Source: the human T2T-CHM13v2.0 reference genome, Homo sapiens
Assembly: GCF_009914755.1 (NCBI RefSeq)
Contig: NC_060937.1
DNA: 64,000 nucleotides
Reading direction: 5' to 3' (one strand)
The notes beneath the pieces were generated by a model. It did not search any database, was not told the origin of the DNA, and saw only the letters and a list, made by a program, of their open reading frames with translations. A program made the position numbers and the translations under genes. Below, in pieces: positions 24,077 to 36,660 of this stretch (its first letter is position 1; every line of letters begins with the position of its first letter).

Positions 24077-24215
24077 TCATTTGTATGTCTTCTTTTGAGA
24101 AGTGTCTGTTTATGTCCTTTGATAATTTCTAATCCAGACAGAAGTGTCTGTTCATGTCCCTTGCCCACTTTCTAGTGCAGCTCATTTTTTTCTTGTTGAT
24201 TTGTTTAAATTCCTA
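24077..24215 (-). mobile_element. Inverted L1 ORF2 fragment inside the L1 5'UTR
   Basis: Reverse-complement match to 32447-32538, with an internal repeat of agaagtgtctgtt(t/c)atgtcc. Confidence 0.85.
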
Positions 24216-26535
24216 CTATGCAGGCATTTTATTCTTGGGTCAGAGATTGGAGCGCTTATTCTGGAGTGGAGAAAGGGCCTCCACAGCCAGAATTGAGCAA
24301 TGAGTGTTGAAAGCACCCAGCAGTAGGTGCTGGAATTATACTCTCCCCCTTCACGGGTCCAGAGTAGGAGGAGAAATGCCACAGCAGTGGTTTCTCCTGG
24401 GCAAAAAGACTTGCAGCCAGGACCAGCCTGGCGACCTGGAAGCAGCCTGTGTGTGTCATTGCTGGGTGCCCCAGCCTGCTCTCCTGAGATTGTGGTGCAG
24501 TGGAGCCCCCTCTGTTCCATACTCAGGCAGACCTCCAGGCATTCAGAGCATCCATTCCTCTGGATTAGGAGATTAGGTCACCTCCAGAGGCCCCCATGCA
24601 GAGAATTTGGGGCTAAGGATGTTTCCCAGCTCCATGCCTAGGCACCCTCTGGGCACTTGCTGGCTGCCCCATCTCCCCCCTCCACAGATCTGATGTCTGT
24701 GTCTGCAATTGGGTGACTTGTAGGGCTGCCTGCCCAGTCTGGCCCCACCCATCTTGGTCTCCCAGGGCTGAGCAGTGAGATCAGACCACTGTGCACTCCA
24801 TGGATTAGCCCATTGTATGAGGTGACAGAGATCTCTCAGTAAACAAGAGTCAAGTATATACCACCTGTATTGGCTATAGCTGGCTCTTACTCATAAGAGT
24901 CATTTACTGGTCTAGAGGTTGAACAGCAGTACAAAACAATAGGAAATCTGGCACAAGTGCATTAACATTGGGGAATAAGATAATATTCCTGAGACTGCTG
25001 CCACCTGGGACCCACAGGACACTGTGATTCTGCTCAAATGCCTAGTACATCACTACCACAACTAGCATTTGGGTAAGCCACCATATAAGGGCTATACATA
25101 ATCAAGGAACTTACACAGACTCTTTCCCTCTGAAAATACCCGAAACCAGAGATCTAACTCTCAGCATGATCTGCCTCTAATGGAGGGGGGTGCATAGCTC
25201 ACCAGTCTGTCTTGGATCAAAGGAAACATGGGAGTGGCACAAGCTCCTGGAGGAAGCACCATTATAGTCTAGTAATAGATGTGGAGAGAAAACCATCTCT
25301 CATCTCCTGCCCCCAACCTCAGTGCACTGTTGTGGACTCAGCGGCAGCTCTTCCCATTAGGGTGGGGGAGCTCCACCCCCACTAAAGGCAAATATGCATG
25401 GGGCCGGGGAGGGCACTTTTCATGCTTCTCTCTTACCTCTGCTCCTGCTCCTACCTGCTAGCTGTTACTCTTAAGTGCCACCTACTGGACCACAGCTTGA
25501 ACTATATCCTGAAACAAAATTATATCACTACAACATGCTATGTCTGAAAAGCCACTGCACAAAACTATCTGCAACCAAGGAACCCCCACAGGGCCTTGGC
25601 ACCTTGAAAGCACACAGAATTGAAGCCAATAAATGATATACAATGTACACCACAGTCACACACCAAGGGAAAAAAGAATAAAAATAGAAAAGCCCTATAC
25701 AAATGATAGCAAATTCAAATAAAAAAGGAAGCATCAGCTAGCTCTCTCAGATGAGAAGGAACCAGCATAAGGACTCTGGCAATACAAAAATCCAGAGTGT
25801 TTCATCATCTCCATGGATCTCACAAGCTCTCAAACAATGGATCACAACTTGAATGAAATGTCTGAAATGACAGATATAGAATTCACAATATGAATGGCAA
25901 AAAGATGCAATGAGATCCAATAGAAAGTTGAAATCCAATACGAAGGAAACAGAAAAAATGATCCAAGATTTAAAAGATGATATAGCTATATTAAGAAAGA
26001 ACCAAACAGAACTTCTGGAATTGAAAAATTCACTACAGGAATTTCAAAATACACTTGGAAGCCTTAACAAAATACTAAACCACGCAGAAGAAAGAATTTC
26101 AGGGCTCAAAGACTAGTCCTTTGAATCAACCCAATCAGACAAAAATAAGAAAAGAGAATTAAAAAAAATGAAAAAACCCTTTGAGAAACATGGGATGTAA
26201 AGCGACCAAATATATGACTTATTGGTATTCCTGAGTAAAGAGAAAGTAAGCAACTTGGAAAACATGTATGAGAATACAATTCAGGAAAATGTCCCCAAGA
26301 GGTCTGCATGCAGATGCAAAAAATCCAGATAACTTCTGTAAGATACCATACAAGACTACATCTCTAAGGCACATAGTCATTAGTCTATCGAAGGTCAACA
26401 TAAAAGAAAAAATCTTCAAGGCAGCTAGAGAAAAGGATCATATTACCTATAGAGGGAAACCCATCAGACTAATAGTGACTCCTCAGCAGAAAACTTACAA
26501 GCCAGAAAAGATGGGGGTCCATTTTTAGCATTCTT

Positions 26536-28929
26536 TTTTTCTAAATTTTTTTAAATTTTTAGTTCTGGGGTACATGTGCAGGATATGCAGGTTTGTTACA
26601 TAGGTAAACATGTGCCATTGTGGTTTACTGCACCTATCAATCAATCACCTGCATATTAAGCCCAGCATGCATCAGCTATCCTTTCTAATACTCTCCCTTC
26701 CCACACCCTAGCCCCTGTCAGATCCCACTGTGTGTTGTTCCCCTCCTCGTGTCCATGTGATCCCATCACTCAGCTCCCACTTATAAGTGAGAACATGCAG
26801 TGTTTGGTTTTCTATTCCTGCTTTAATCTGCTGAGGATAACGGTTTCCAGCTTCATCCATGTCCTTGCAAAGGACATGGTCTCATTCCTTGTTATGGTTG
26901 CATAATATTCCATGCTGTATAGGCACCACATCTTCTTTATCCAGTCTATCACTGATGGGCATTTGGGTTGATTCCATGTTCTTGCTATTGTGAATAGTGC
27001 TGCAATGAACATACGTGTGTGTGTGTGTGTGAATCTTCGTAATATAATTATTTATATTCCTTTGGGTATATACCTAGTAATGGGATTGCTGGGTCAAATG
27101 GTATTTCTGGTTCTAGCTCTTTGAGGAATTGCCAGACTGTCTTCCACAATGGTTGAACTAATTTGCATTGCCACCAACAGTGTAAAAGCGTTACTATTTC
27201 TCCGCAGCCTCACCAGCACCTGTTGTTTCTTGACTTTTTAATAATGGCCATTCTGACTGGCATGAGATGGTATCTCATTGTGGTTTTCATTTGCATTTCT
27301 CTAATAATCAGTGATATTGAAATCTTTTTCATATGTTTGTTGGCTGCATGATTGTCTTCTTTTGAGAAGTGTGTGTTCATGTCATTTGCCCACTTTTTAA
27401 TGGGGTTGTTTGTTTGTTCTTGTAAATTTGTTTGAATTCCTTGTAGATTCTAGAAATTAGACCTTTGTCAGATGGACAGATTGCAAAGATTTTCTCCCTC
27501 TGTAGGTTGCCTGTTCACTCTGATGATAGTTTCTTTTGCTGTGCAGAAGCTCTTTAGTTTAATTAGATCCCATTTGTCAATGTTTGCTTTTGTTGCAATT
27601 GCTTTTGGCAATTTCATCATGAAATCTTTGCCTGTGACTATTTCCTAAACAATATTGCCTAGATTTTCTTCTAGGATCTTTAGAGTTTTGGGTTTTACCA
27701 TTTAAGTCTTTAATCCATCTTGAGTTAATTTTTGTATAAGGTGTGAGGAAGGGGTCCAGTTTCAATTCTCTGCAAATGGACAGCCAGTTATTCCAGCATC
27801 ATTTATCGAATAGGGAATCCTTTCCCCATTGCTTGTTTTTGTTGGTTTGTCAAAGATCAGATGGTTGTGAATGTGCAATCTTATTTCTGAGCTCTCTATT
27901 TTGTTCCATTTCTCTATGTGTCTGTTTTGTACCAGTACCGTGCTGTTTTGGTTATCTGGTTATTGTAAAGCCTTATAGTATACTTCGAAGTCCGGTAGGG
28001 TGATGCCTCCAGCTTTGTTCTTTTTGCTCAGGATTGTCTTGTCTATACTGGCTCTTTTTTTGTTCCATATAAATTTTAAAACAGGTTTTTCTAATTCTGT
28101 GAAGAATGTCAATGGTAGTTTAATAGGAATAACATTGACTCTATAAATTACTTTGGGCAGTATGGACAGTTTCATAATATTGCTTCTTCCTATCCATGAG
28201 CGTGGATAGCATTTTTTTTTTTTTTTTTTTTTTTTTTTTGTATTTCTGGTAGAATTTCTTTGTATTACTGGTAGAATTCAGCTGGAAGTCAATCTGGTTC
28301 TGGGATTTTTTTGGTTGGTAGGCTATTAGTTACTGCCTGAATTTCAGAACTTGTTATTGGTCTATTCGGGAATTCAACTTTTTCCTGGTTCGGCCTTGGG
28401 AGGGTTCATATGCCCAGGAATTTATCCATTACTTCTAGATTTTCTAGTTTATTTGCATAGATCTGTTTAAAGTATTCTCTGATGGTAGTTTGTATTTCTG
28501 TGTAGTCAGTGGTAATATCCCCTCTATCATTTTTTATTGTGTCCATTTGATTCTTTTCTCTTTTCTTCTTTATTAGACTAGCTAGCATTCTATTTTATTA
28601 TTTTGTTCACAAAACCATCCCCTGGATTCATTGATTTTTTTGAAGAGTTTTTCTGTGCCTCCATTTCCTTCAGTTCCACTCTGATCTTGGTTATTTCTTG
28701 CCTTCTTCTAGCTTTGTGGTTTGTTTGCTCTTGGTTCTCCAGTTCTCTTAGTTGTGATTCTAGGGTGTTGATTTGAGATCTGTCTAGCTTTTTGATGTTG
28801 GCATTTAGTGCTATAAATTTCCCTCTTTACACTGCTTTAGCTGTGTCCCAGAGATTCTGGTAGGTTGTCTCTTTGTTTTTATTGGTATCAAAGAACCTAT
28901 TGATTTCTGACTTAATTTCATGATTTAAA
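26536..28929 (-). mobile_element. L1PA8/10-like insertion, 5'-truncated and internally deleted, in host ORF1
   Basis: Poly-T tail, 3'UTR, ORF2 peptides (ORFs 26812-27012, 27577-27765, 27960-28175, 28406-28588); flanking direct repeats 26502-26535 and 28930-28963. Confidence 0.95.
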
Positions 28930-30331
28930 CCAGAAGAGATTGGGATGCATTTTTAGCATTCTTAAGAAAAGAAATGCAAGCCGAGAATTTCATATCCTGA
29001 CAAACAAACTTTCATACCTGAAGGAGAATTAATGTCTTTCCAAGACAAGCAATTGCTAAAGGAATTTGTCACCACCAAACTGGCCCTACAAGAGATTTTT
29101 AAGAGAGTTCTAAACATGGAAAAAAAAGAACAATATTTGCTACCACAAAAGTACACACAAGCACATAGCCCACACACCCTATAAAGCAACTAAAAAATTG
29201 AGACAACAAAACAACTAGCTAATATTATAGGAATAAAACATCACATATAAATATTAACCTTGAATGTAAATGGCATAAATACCCCATTTAAAGGACATAG
29301 AGTGGCAAATTAGATAAAAAGGGAAGACCTATCCTCTGCTGTCTGTAAGAGACCTATCTCACATGCAATGACACCCATAGCCTCAAAGTAAAGGGATAGA
29401 GAAGGATTGGTCATGCAAATGGAAAACAAAAAAGAGGATGCGTTATTATTTTTGTATCAGATTAAAAAAGACATTAAACCAGCAACAGCAAAACAGTACT
29501 AAAAAGGCCATTACATAATGATAAATGGATCAATGCAATAATAAGATTTACACCCAACATTGGATCACTCAGATTTATGAAGCAATTACTTCTGGACCTA
29601 AGAAAAGACACTGACTGCCACACAATAATAGTGGGAGACTTTGATACCCCACCGACAGCATTAGACAGATCACAGGCAGAAAACCAAAAAAGAAATTCTG
29701 GACTTAAATTTGACAATTGAATTGGACGCAGTAGACATCTACAGAATACTCCACTCAACAACAACAGAACACACACTCTTCATCTGCACATATAACATGC
29801 TTGAAGATTGACCACATGCTTGGCCATAAAGCGAGTCTTAATAAATTCAAAATAAATCAAAATCACACCAAGGATCTTCTTTGACTACAACAGAATAAAA
29901 ATAAAATAAATACCAAGAAGAACTCTCAATACCACATAAATATATGGAAACTAAACAACTTAGTCCTAAGTGACTTTTGGGTAAACAACAAAATTGGTGT
30001 AGTAATCAAAATTTATTTGAAACAATGATAATAGACACGCAACATACCCAAACTTCTGGGATACGGCAAAAGCAGTGTTAAGAGGAAAATTTATAGTACG
30101 AAACACCTACTACACAAAGAAAGATATAAAATTCACAAACTAAATTTGCACTTAAAGAACTAAAAAAGTCAAGAACAAACTAAACCGAAAGACAGCAGAG
30201 GAAAATAAAGAACTAAAATCAGAACAGAACTAAATGAAATTGGGATCCCAAAAACCATACAAAGGATCAATGAAATGAAAATTTGTTTTTTGGGGAAGGA
30301 TAAACAAGACTGATGGTCTACTAGCTTGATT

Positions 30332-30445
30332 TTGAACCCAGGAGGTGGAGGTTTTAGTGAACCAAGATTGTGCCACTGCACTCCATCCTGGGTGACAGAG
30401 CAAGACTCTGTCTCACATTAAAATAATAATAATAATAAAGAAAAG
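30332..30445 (+). mobile_element. 5'-truncated Alu (3' end of right arm) in L1 ORF2
   Basis: ttgaacccaggaggtggagg…gcaagactctgtctca with (aat)n tail. Confidence 0.9.
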
Positions 30446-33319
30446 AAAGAAAGAAGAGTTAAATAAGCACAATCAGAAGTAACCAAGGTGACATCACAAC
30501 TGATCAAAATACAAAAGAACCTTAGAGACTGCTATGAACATCTCTATGCACACAAACTAGTAAATCTAGTAGAAGTGGATAAATTGCTGGAAACACACAG
30601 CCTCTCAATGTTGAACTAGGAAGATACAGAGATCCTGAACAGACCAATAACAAGTAATGAAATTGTATCAGTAATAACAAAATCTACCAACCAAAAAAAA
30701 AAAAACAATTAAAAAAGTCCTGGATCAGGTGGATTCACAGCCAAATTCTACCAGATGTACAAGGAAAAGCTAATACCAATTCTACCGAAAGTATTCCAAA
30801 AAAATTGTAGAGGAGGGATTCCTTCCTAACTCATTCTACGAAACTAGCATCATCCTGATACCAATATCTGGCAAAGACACAACAACAATAAAAACTATAG
30901 GCCAATATCCCTAATGAACATAGATGGAAAAATCCTTAACAAAATACTAGCAAACTGAGTCCAGCAGCACATCACAAAGTTAAGTGACCACAATCAAGTG
31001 AATTTTATCCCTGGGATGCAAGAATGGTTTAACATATGCAAATCTGTACATGTGATTCACCTCATAAAAATATTAAAACCAAAAACCATAGGATCATATC
31101 AATAGACCCAGAACAAGCATTCAATAATATTTAACATCCCTCCACAAACAAATCCCTCAAGAAACTAGGCATTGAAGGAATATACCCCAAAATAGTAAGA
31201 GCCAAATATTACAAACCCACAGTCAACATCATGCTGAAAGAACAAAAGCTATAAGCATTCCCCTTAAGAACTGGAATAAGACAAAGATGTCCACACTCAC
31301 TACTCCTATTCAACATAGTACTGGAAGTCCTAGTCAGAGCAATTAGGCAAGAGAAAGAAATAAAAGGCATTTGAGTAGGAAAAGAGGAAGTCAAACTATC
31401 TCTCTTTGCTAACAATATGATTCTATACCTAGAAAACCCCAAAAATTCCACCAAAAGTCTCCTAGACCTGATAAACAACTTCAGCAAAGACTCAGGATAC
31501 CACATCAATTTTCCCAAATCAGTAGCATTTGTATATGCCAATAACATTCAAGCTGAGAACCAAATCAAGAATGTAATCTCTTTTACAGTAGCCACAAAAA
31601 AGTTAAAATACCTAGGAATATATCTGGCCAAGGAAGATCTCTACAAGGAGAACTACAAAACACTACTGAAAGAAATCATAAACAACAAGAACAAACAGAA
31701 TAGCTTTCCATGTTAATATGTGGAAGAATCAATATTGTTAAAATGTCCATAATGTCCAAAGCAATCTACAGATTCAACACTATTCCTATCAAACTACCAA
31801 TCTCTTTTTTTCACAGAATTAGAAAAAACTATTCCCAAATTCATATGGATCCAAGAAAAGAGCCTAAATAGCCAAAGCAATCCTAACAAAATAGAACAAA
31901 GCTGGAGTTATCACATTACCTGACTTCAAGCTATACTACAAGCCTATAGTAATCAAAACAGCATGGTATTGGTACAACAATGGACATATAAGCCAATGGA
32001 ACAGAATAGAGACTTCTGAAATAAAGTCACACACCTATAGTCAACTGATCTTCAACAAAGTTGAGAAAAATAAACAATGCAGAAAGGACATCATATTCAA
32101 TAAATGGCACAGGAACACTGGCTAACCAATGCAGAATAATAAAACTGGACCCCTACCTCTCATCATATACAAAAATTAACTCAAGGTAGATTAAAGACTT
32201 AAATGTAAGACCTCAAACTATAAAAATTCTAGAAAACCTAGGAAATACTCTTTTAGACATTGCCTAGGCAAGAATTTGTGACAAGGACCCCAGAAGCAAA
32301 TGCAACAAAATAAAAATAGACAAATGGGACCTATTTTTTTCTGCACAGAAGAAGAAATACTAGCAGAGCAAACAGACATCCTACAGAATGGGAAAACATA
32401 GTTGCATCCTATGCATCTGAGAAAGGACTAATATCCTGATTCTATCAGGAATTTAAACAAATCAACAAGAAAAAAACTGCATTAGGAAGTAGGCAAAGGA
32501 CATGAACAGACACTTCTCAAAAGAAGCCATATGAGTGGCCAAAAAGCATGTGAAAAAAAGCTCAATATCGTCAGAGAGACGAAAATCAAAACCACAATGA
32601 GATATCATCTCACACAAGTCAGAATGGCTATTACTAAAAAATCAAAAAATAACAGATGTTAGCATGGTTGTGGAGAAAAGGGAACACTTATACACTGTGT
32701 GGGGGAATGCAAATTAGTTCAGCCCCTGTGGAGATTTTCCAAAGAACTTAAAACAGAATTACCATTCAACACAGTAATCCCACTACTGGGTATATACCCA
32801 AAAGAAAATAAAACATTCTACCAAGAAGACACATGCACTTCTATGTTTATTGCAGCACTATTCACAATAGCAAAGACATGGAATTAACATAGCTACATCA
32901 GCGGTGAGTTGGATAAAGAAAATGTGGTACATATACAATATGGAATACTAAGTAGCCATAACAAAGAACAAAATCATGTACTTTGCAGCTAGATGCAACA
33001 TGGATGCAGCTGGAAGCCGTTATTCTAAGCAAACTAATACAGAAACAGAAAACCAAATATTACACATTCTCATTTATAAATGGAAGCCAAATCTTGGGTT
33101 TATGTGGACATAAAGATGTGAATAATAGACAGTGGAGACTCCAAAAGGAGGAAGAGAGGGAGGGAGGAAAGGGATGAAAAACTTCCTATTGGGTACTATG
33201 TTCACTATCTTGGTGATGGGATAGATAGAAGCCCAAACTTCAGCACCACACATTATACCCCCGTAACAAACCTGCACATGTACCCCAAGAATCTAAAATG
33301 AAAACGGAGATGAAAGGAA

Positions 33320-33500
33320 TAACAGTAATAGCAGAGAGGCCAGTTAGTATATTGTAATAATCTGAATAAAATTGACAAGGGCTTAAATTAGGTCCCACTG
33401 ATTGTCAAAATGGAAGCAGAGGCAGAAATGGGAAATTATTTAGGAGGTACATTTTACTGGATGTGGAAATTAGTTGGATGAGAGAAAAAAGACAGGGCAT
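33320..33500 (-). mobile_element. L2 (right part, continuation of 22410-23690)
   Basis: gcagagaggccagttag…taataatctga…gggcttaaattagg continues the L2 consensus across the 5S/L1 insertion. Confidence 0.55.
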
Positions 33501-33998
33501 GGGGAGACAGCAATGATCACTCTACCAGAAAGCTGCAATCAGAATTGCAGTGCTTTTGCTCATGAAACTGAGTAAGCAGGGCCCTTTTTAAAAAATCTTA
33601 TATTACACTTTGGCTTTATGTGAACATTTACAATTTACTATGACATCACAAAACCTGGAAGAGAGAGAAACAAAATAAAAATAAAAAAAAACAAAAGAAT
33701 AAGTATCTGTATTAAGCCCTATCACACACAATACAATTTTATCCTCTACGATCAATTTTATCACAAAGATATTCATATCATTATACTTTATAATTTAGAT
33801 ATTACTAATGTGTTTGATTTACAAATGAGACATTGAATATTGGAGATATTAAATGATTTTCCTGTTATTTATATAATATATGAAAGAACCAGGCAAATAA
33901 TCACGCTCGTTCAAAAGCAAATACTCCGATCTTTTCCTTAGGCCACATCATTTCACTACTTAAATTAAGAAAACCAGCTTCAAAGATATTCATGTTTG

Positions 33999-34341
33999 CA
34001 GCAGTTCCTCCTTATCTGTGGTTTCACTTTCCACAGTTTCAGCTACCTGCAACCAACCACAGTCTGAATATAGGTAAATACAATATAATAAGACTCTTTT
34101 GAGAGAGAAAGAGACCACATTCATATAACTTTTATTACAGTATATTGTTATAATTGTTCTATTTTATTATTAGTTATTGCTTTTAATCTCTTACCATGCC
34201 TAATTTATAAGTTAAACTTTATCATAGGTATGTATGTATAGGAAAAAAATATAGTATATATAGTGTTTAGTGCTAATTGATGTTTCAGGTATCCAAGGTT
34301 GGTCTTGGAACATATCCCCCGAGGATAAGGTGGGGTTACTA
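33999..34341 (+). mobile_element. MER44A (Tigger7-derived) DNA transposon, full length
   Basis: TIR-like ends cagcagttcctccttatc / gataaggtggggttacta; internal gagaccacattcatataacttttattacag. Confidence 0.9.
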
Positions 34342-34469
34342 TATCCTTTTTTATCATATGAAAAAAGCAATACAGAAATGTATATATAATTTTTACCTTT
34401 CAATTAAAAAGAAAAAAGAACAAAAAACAGTTGTAGACGTTTCCACATTTTCAGTAAGAAAACATTGTG

Positions 34470-34704
34470 GGATGAGAACACATGTACACAGGGAGGGAAA
34501 CAACACTCACCAGGGCCTGTCAGGGGAGGGTGGGGATAGGGAGAGCATTAGGGAAAAGAGCAAATGCATGCTAGGCTTCAAACCCAGGTGATGGGTTAAT
34601 AGGTGCAGCAAACCACCATGGCACATGTTTACCTATGTAACAAACCTGCACATCCTGGTCATGTACTCTGGAACTTAAAATAAAAAAAATAAAAATCAAG
34701 TTAA
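34470..34704 (+). mobile_element. L1PA10-13-like 3' end
   Basis: 3'UTR plus A-tail; TSD aaaacattgtg ending at 34469 and 34718. Confidence 0.93.
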
Positions 34705-35544
34705 AAAAAAACATTGTGATGTTTTACAATGTTTATTATTTATTTCTCTATTTAATAAATAGAGCTATTTATTAAAACCATAGAGATTTTAAAAATAACT
34801 CTAGTTATTTTATTTTTAAATGTACATGTCTCCTCGTTGATTTGCTTTGAAGAGAGAAAAATCAGTAAACTCATGGTTTGGAGGCATAATGTGCCTTAGT
34901 TGGACTTGGGAGCTGATTTCTACAGGCTGTGCTCCTGCCCTTGTCTCGTGTTGCTCCCTGTAATTGGCTTGATTCTCTACACAAAAAACTAACAAACCCC
35001 AAACAGACCCTGGATATGTGTTTACCTAGCAGAATAGATCTACAAATGAACTATCCTTTGTAAGAATAACAAATAGATACTGATGGCTTCACTGTTTGAA
35101 TATGAGTTTCTCCCAGTAAAATTTGGGGATCAATAAAGCAGAAGAGGGAATATTTCTTCTCTATGACGCTTTAGTATTGCATCAACTTTTATTTGCCACA
35201 ATTTGTGGCTGAATCTAATAGAACCAGAGCCAGAAATCTGGAAGTTGGGAGGATCTGGTGAGCCACAGTGGAAAGGGGGCCTGTAGTGTGTGTGTGGTGT
35301 GTGGAGTGGGAGGTGGGGTGCAGCTCAAATCCAAACAGGGCTACATTTTTATGGTAAATTTACTTAATTTAAAAGACTTACTGTAAAGAACAATCCCATC
35401 TTATTTTCTCACTTAAAGCTTCTATGGTTGAGAGTGTTTGAGAAACTATCATATAGCATTTTGGATACATATTTGGAAAGATTTACTAATTGAATTAAGT
35501 ATATTCTCAGTAGTCACTTCTAGTGATTTCTAGAACACAAAATG

Positions 35545-35690
35545 AGCGGGTTGAATAATGTGCACTTTAAAGACACATAGACTAGAATTCAAATCCTAGG
35601 CTTACTTGGGCTATGTGACCTTTAGCAACTAACAGATTTTTTGAGCTTTTGTTATCTCCAAAAAGAAAAAAATAAAGAAATTATAGTGAC
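35545..35690 (+). mobile_element. MIR fragment
   Basis: agactagaattcaaatcctaggc…ctatgtgacctttagcaact. Confidence 0.6.
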
Positions 35691-35694
35691 TATA

Positions 35695-36660
35695 AACCTG
35701 AGTAGGCTAATGGCTTGACAAACAACTCCCTACGTTTATTTTCTTAAAATGATAAAAGTTAATTTCTATTTACTCAAGGATCTAACATGGATGTCTCTGG
35801 TTGGACAGCTCTCCCAAGCATTTCTTCTCTCTGTGCAACTCTGTGACTCAGTTTCCTTCCAAACTGTGGCTGCACCCTAGTTTACATCCTTAAATCCCTC
35901 TCTATCAGCCGGTAGAGGGAAAGAAGCATGGAGGATTGTACTCGAATTACTCAAGGTTCACCAGAGAAACAGAACAAATAGGATATCTACATGTAAGAGA
36001 TTTATGGTAAACATTGGCTCACATGATTACGGAGGCCCAGAACTTCCATGATATGTTGTCCACAAGCTGGAAATCCAGAAAAGCCAGTGGTATAATCCAG
36101 CCCAAGTCCAAAGCTTGAGAACTTAGGTGGGCTGCTAATGTAACTTGCAGCCCAAGACTGAAGGCCTGAGAACCAGGGGAAAGGGTACTGTAAGTCCCAG
36201 GATCCACAGGCCCCGAAACTAGAAGCTCTCATGTCTGAGAGCAGGAAAAGATAAATGTCCCAACACACACACAACAAGAGAGAATTTGCCTTTCCTCCAC
36301 CTTTATGTTCCATTTGGGCCCTTAACGGATTGGACAAAGCCTGCTCACGTTGGTGAAGGTAGATCTTCTTTATTCAGCTTACTGATTTAAACACTAATCT
36401 CTTCCAGAAAAACCCTCACAGGCGAACCCAGAAATAATGTTTTACCAGCTATCTGGGCATCCCTTAGCCCAATCAAGATGATGCATAAAATTAACCATCA
36501 CAATACTTTAGAGAACTTTGTAGGTCAAGACTGGAAGGGGCAAACACTAACTCTATCCGTATTCCACTGGACAGAATTCAGTTACAAGATACGTCCTAAT
36601 CTGGGAGGCTGGGAAATGCAGTCAAGCTGCAAAGCAAAGCAATTGCCACGATTTGAATGA
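35695..36660 (-). mobile_element. Old MLT1 LTR split by MLT2B
   Basis: Left part 35695-35936; right part 36503-36660 (attccactggacagaattcagttaca…gggaggctgggaaatgcagtc). Confidence 0.65.
35937..36502 (-). mobile_element. MLT2B-type ERVL solo LTR
   Basis: ccagagaaacagaac…ataggat start; …cccagaaataatgttttaccagctatctgggcatcccttagccc…aaaattaaccatcaca end. Confidence 0.9.

Larger units (their letters stand above)
23845..33310 (+). mobile_element. Near full-length, dead L1 (L1PA15/16-like) with nested insertions
   Basis: 5' ggaagatggtggattagaggc; ORF1 remnant from 25751 (ATG) incl. ORF 25910-26116; ORF2 EN from ~29230; RT region 30700-31700; 3'UTR …aaacctgcacatgtaccccaagaatctaaaat. Many stops and frameshifts. 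Confidence 0.93.

Noticed and set aside
24182-24641. Cluster of 67-112 aa ORFs as an L1 ORF0-like or novel gene
   Set aside because: They lie in the GC-richer L1 5'UTR where stops are rare; no similarity to a protein I recognise.
25751-33100. Active L1 ORF1/ORF2
   Set aside because: Numerous stops and frameshifts, RT motif degraded to FANNM (~31405-31419), and two nested insertions.
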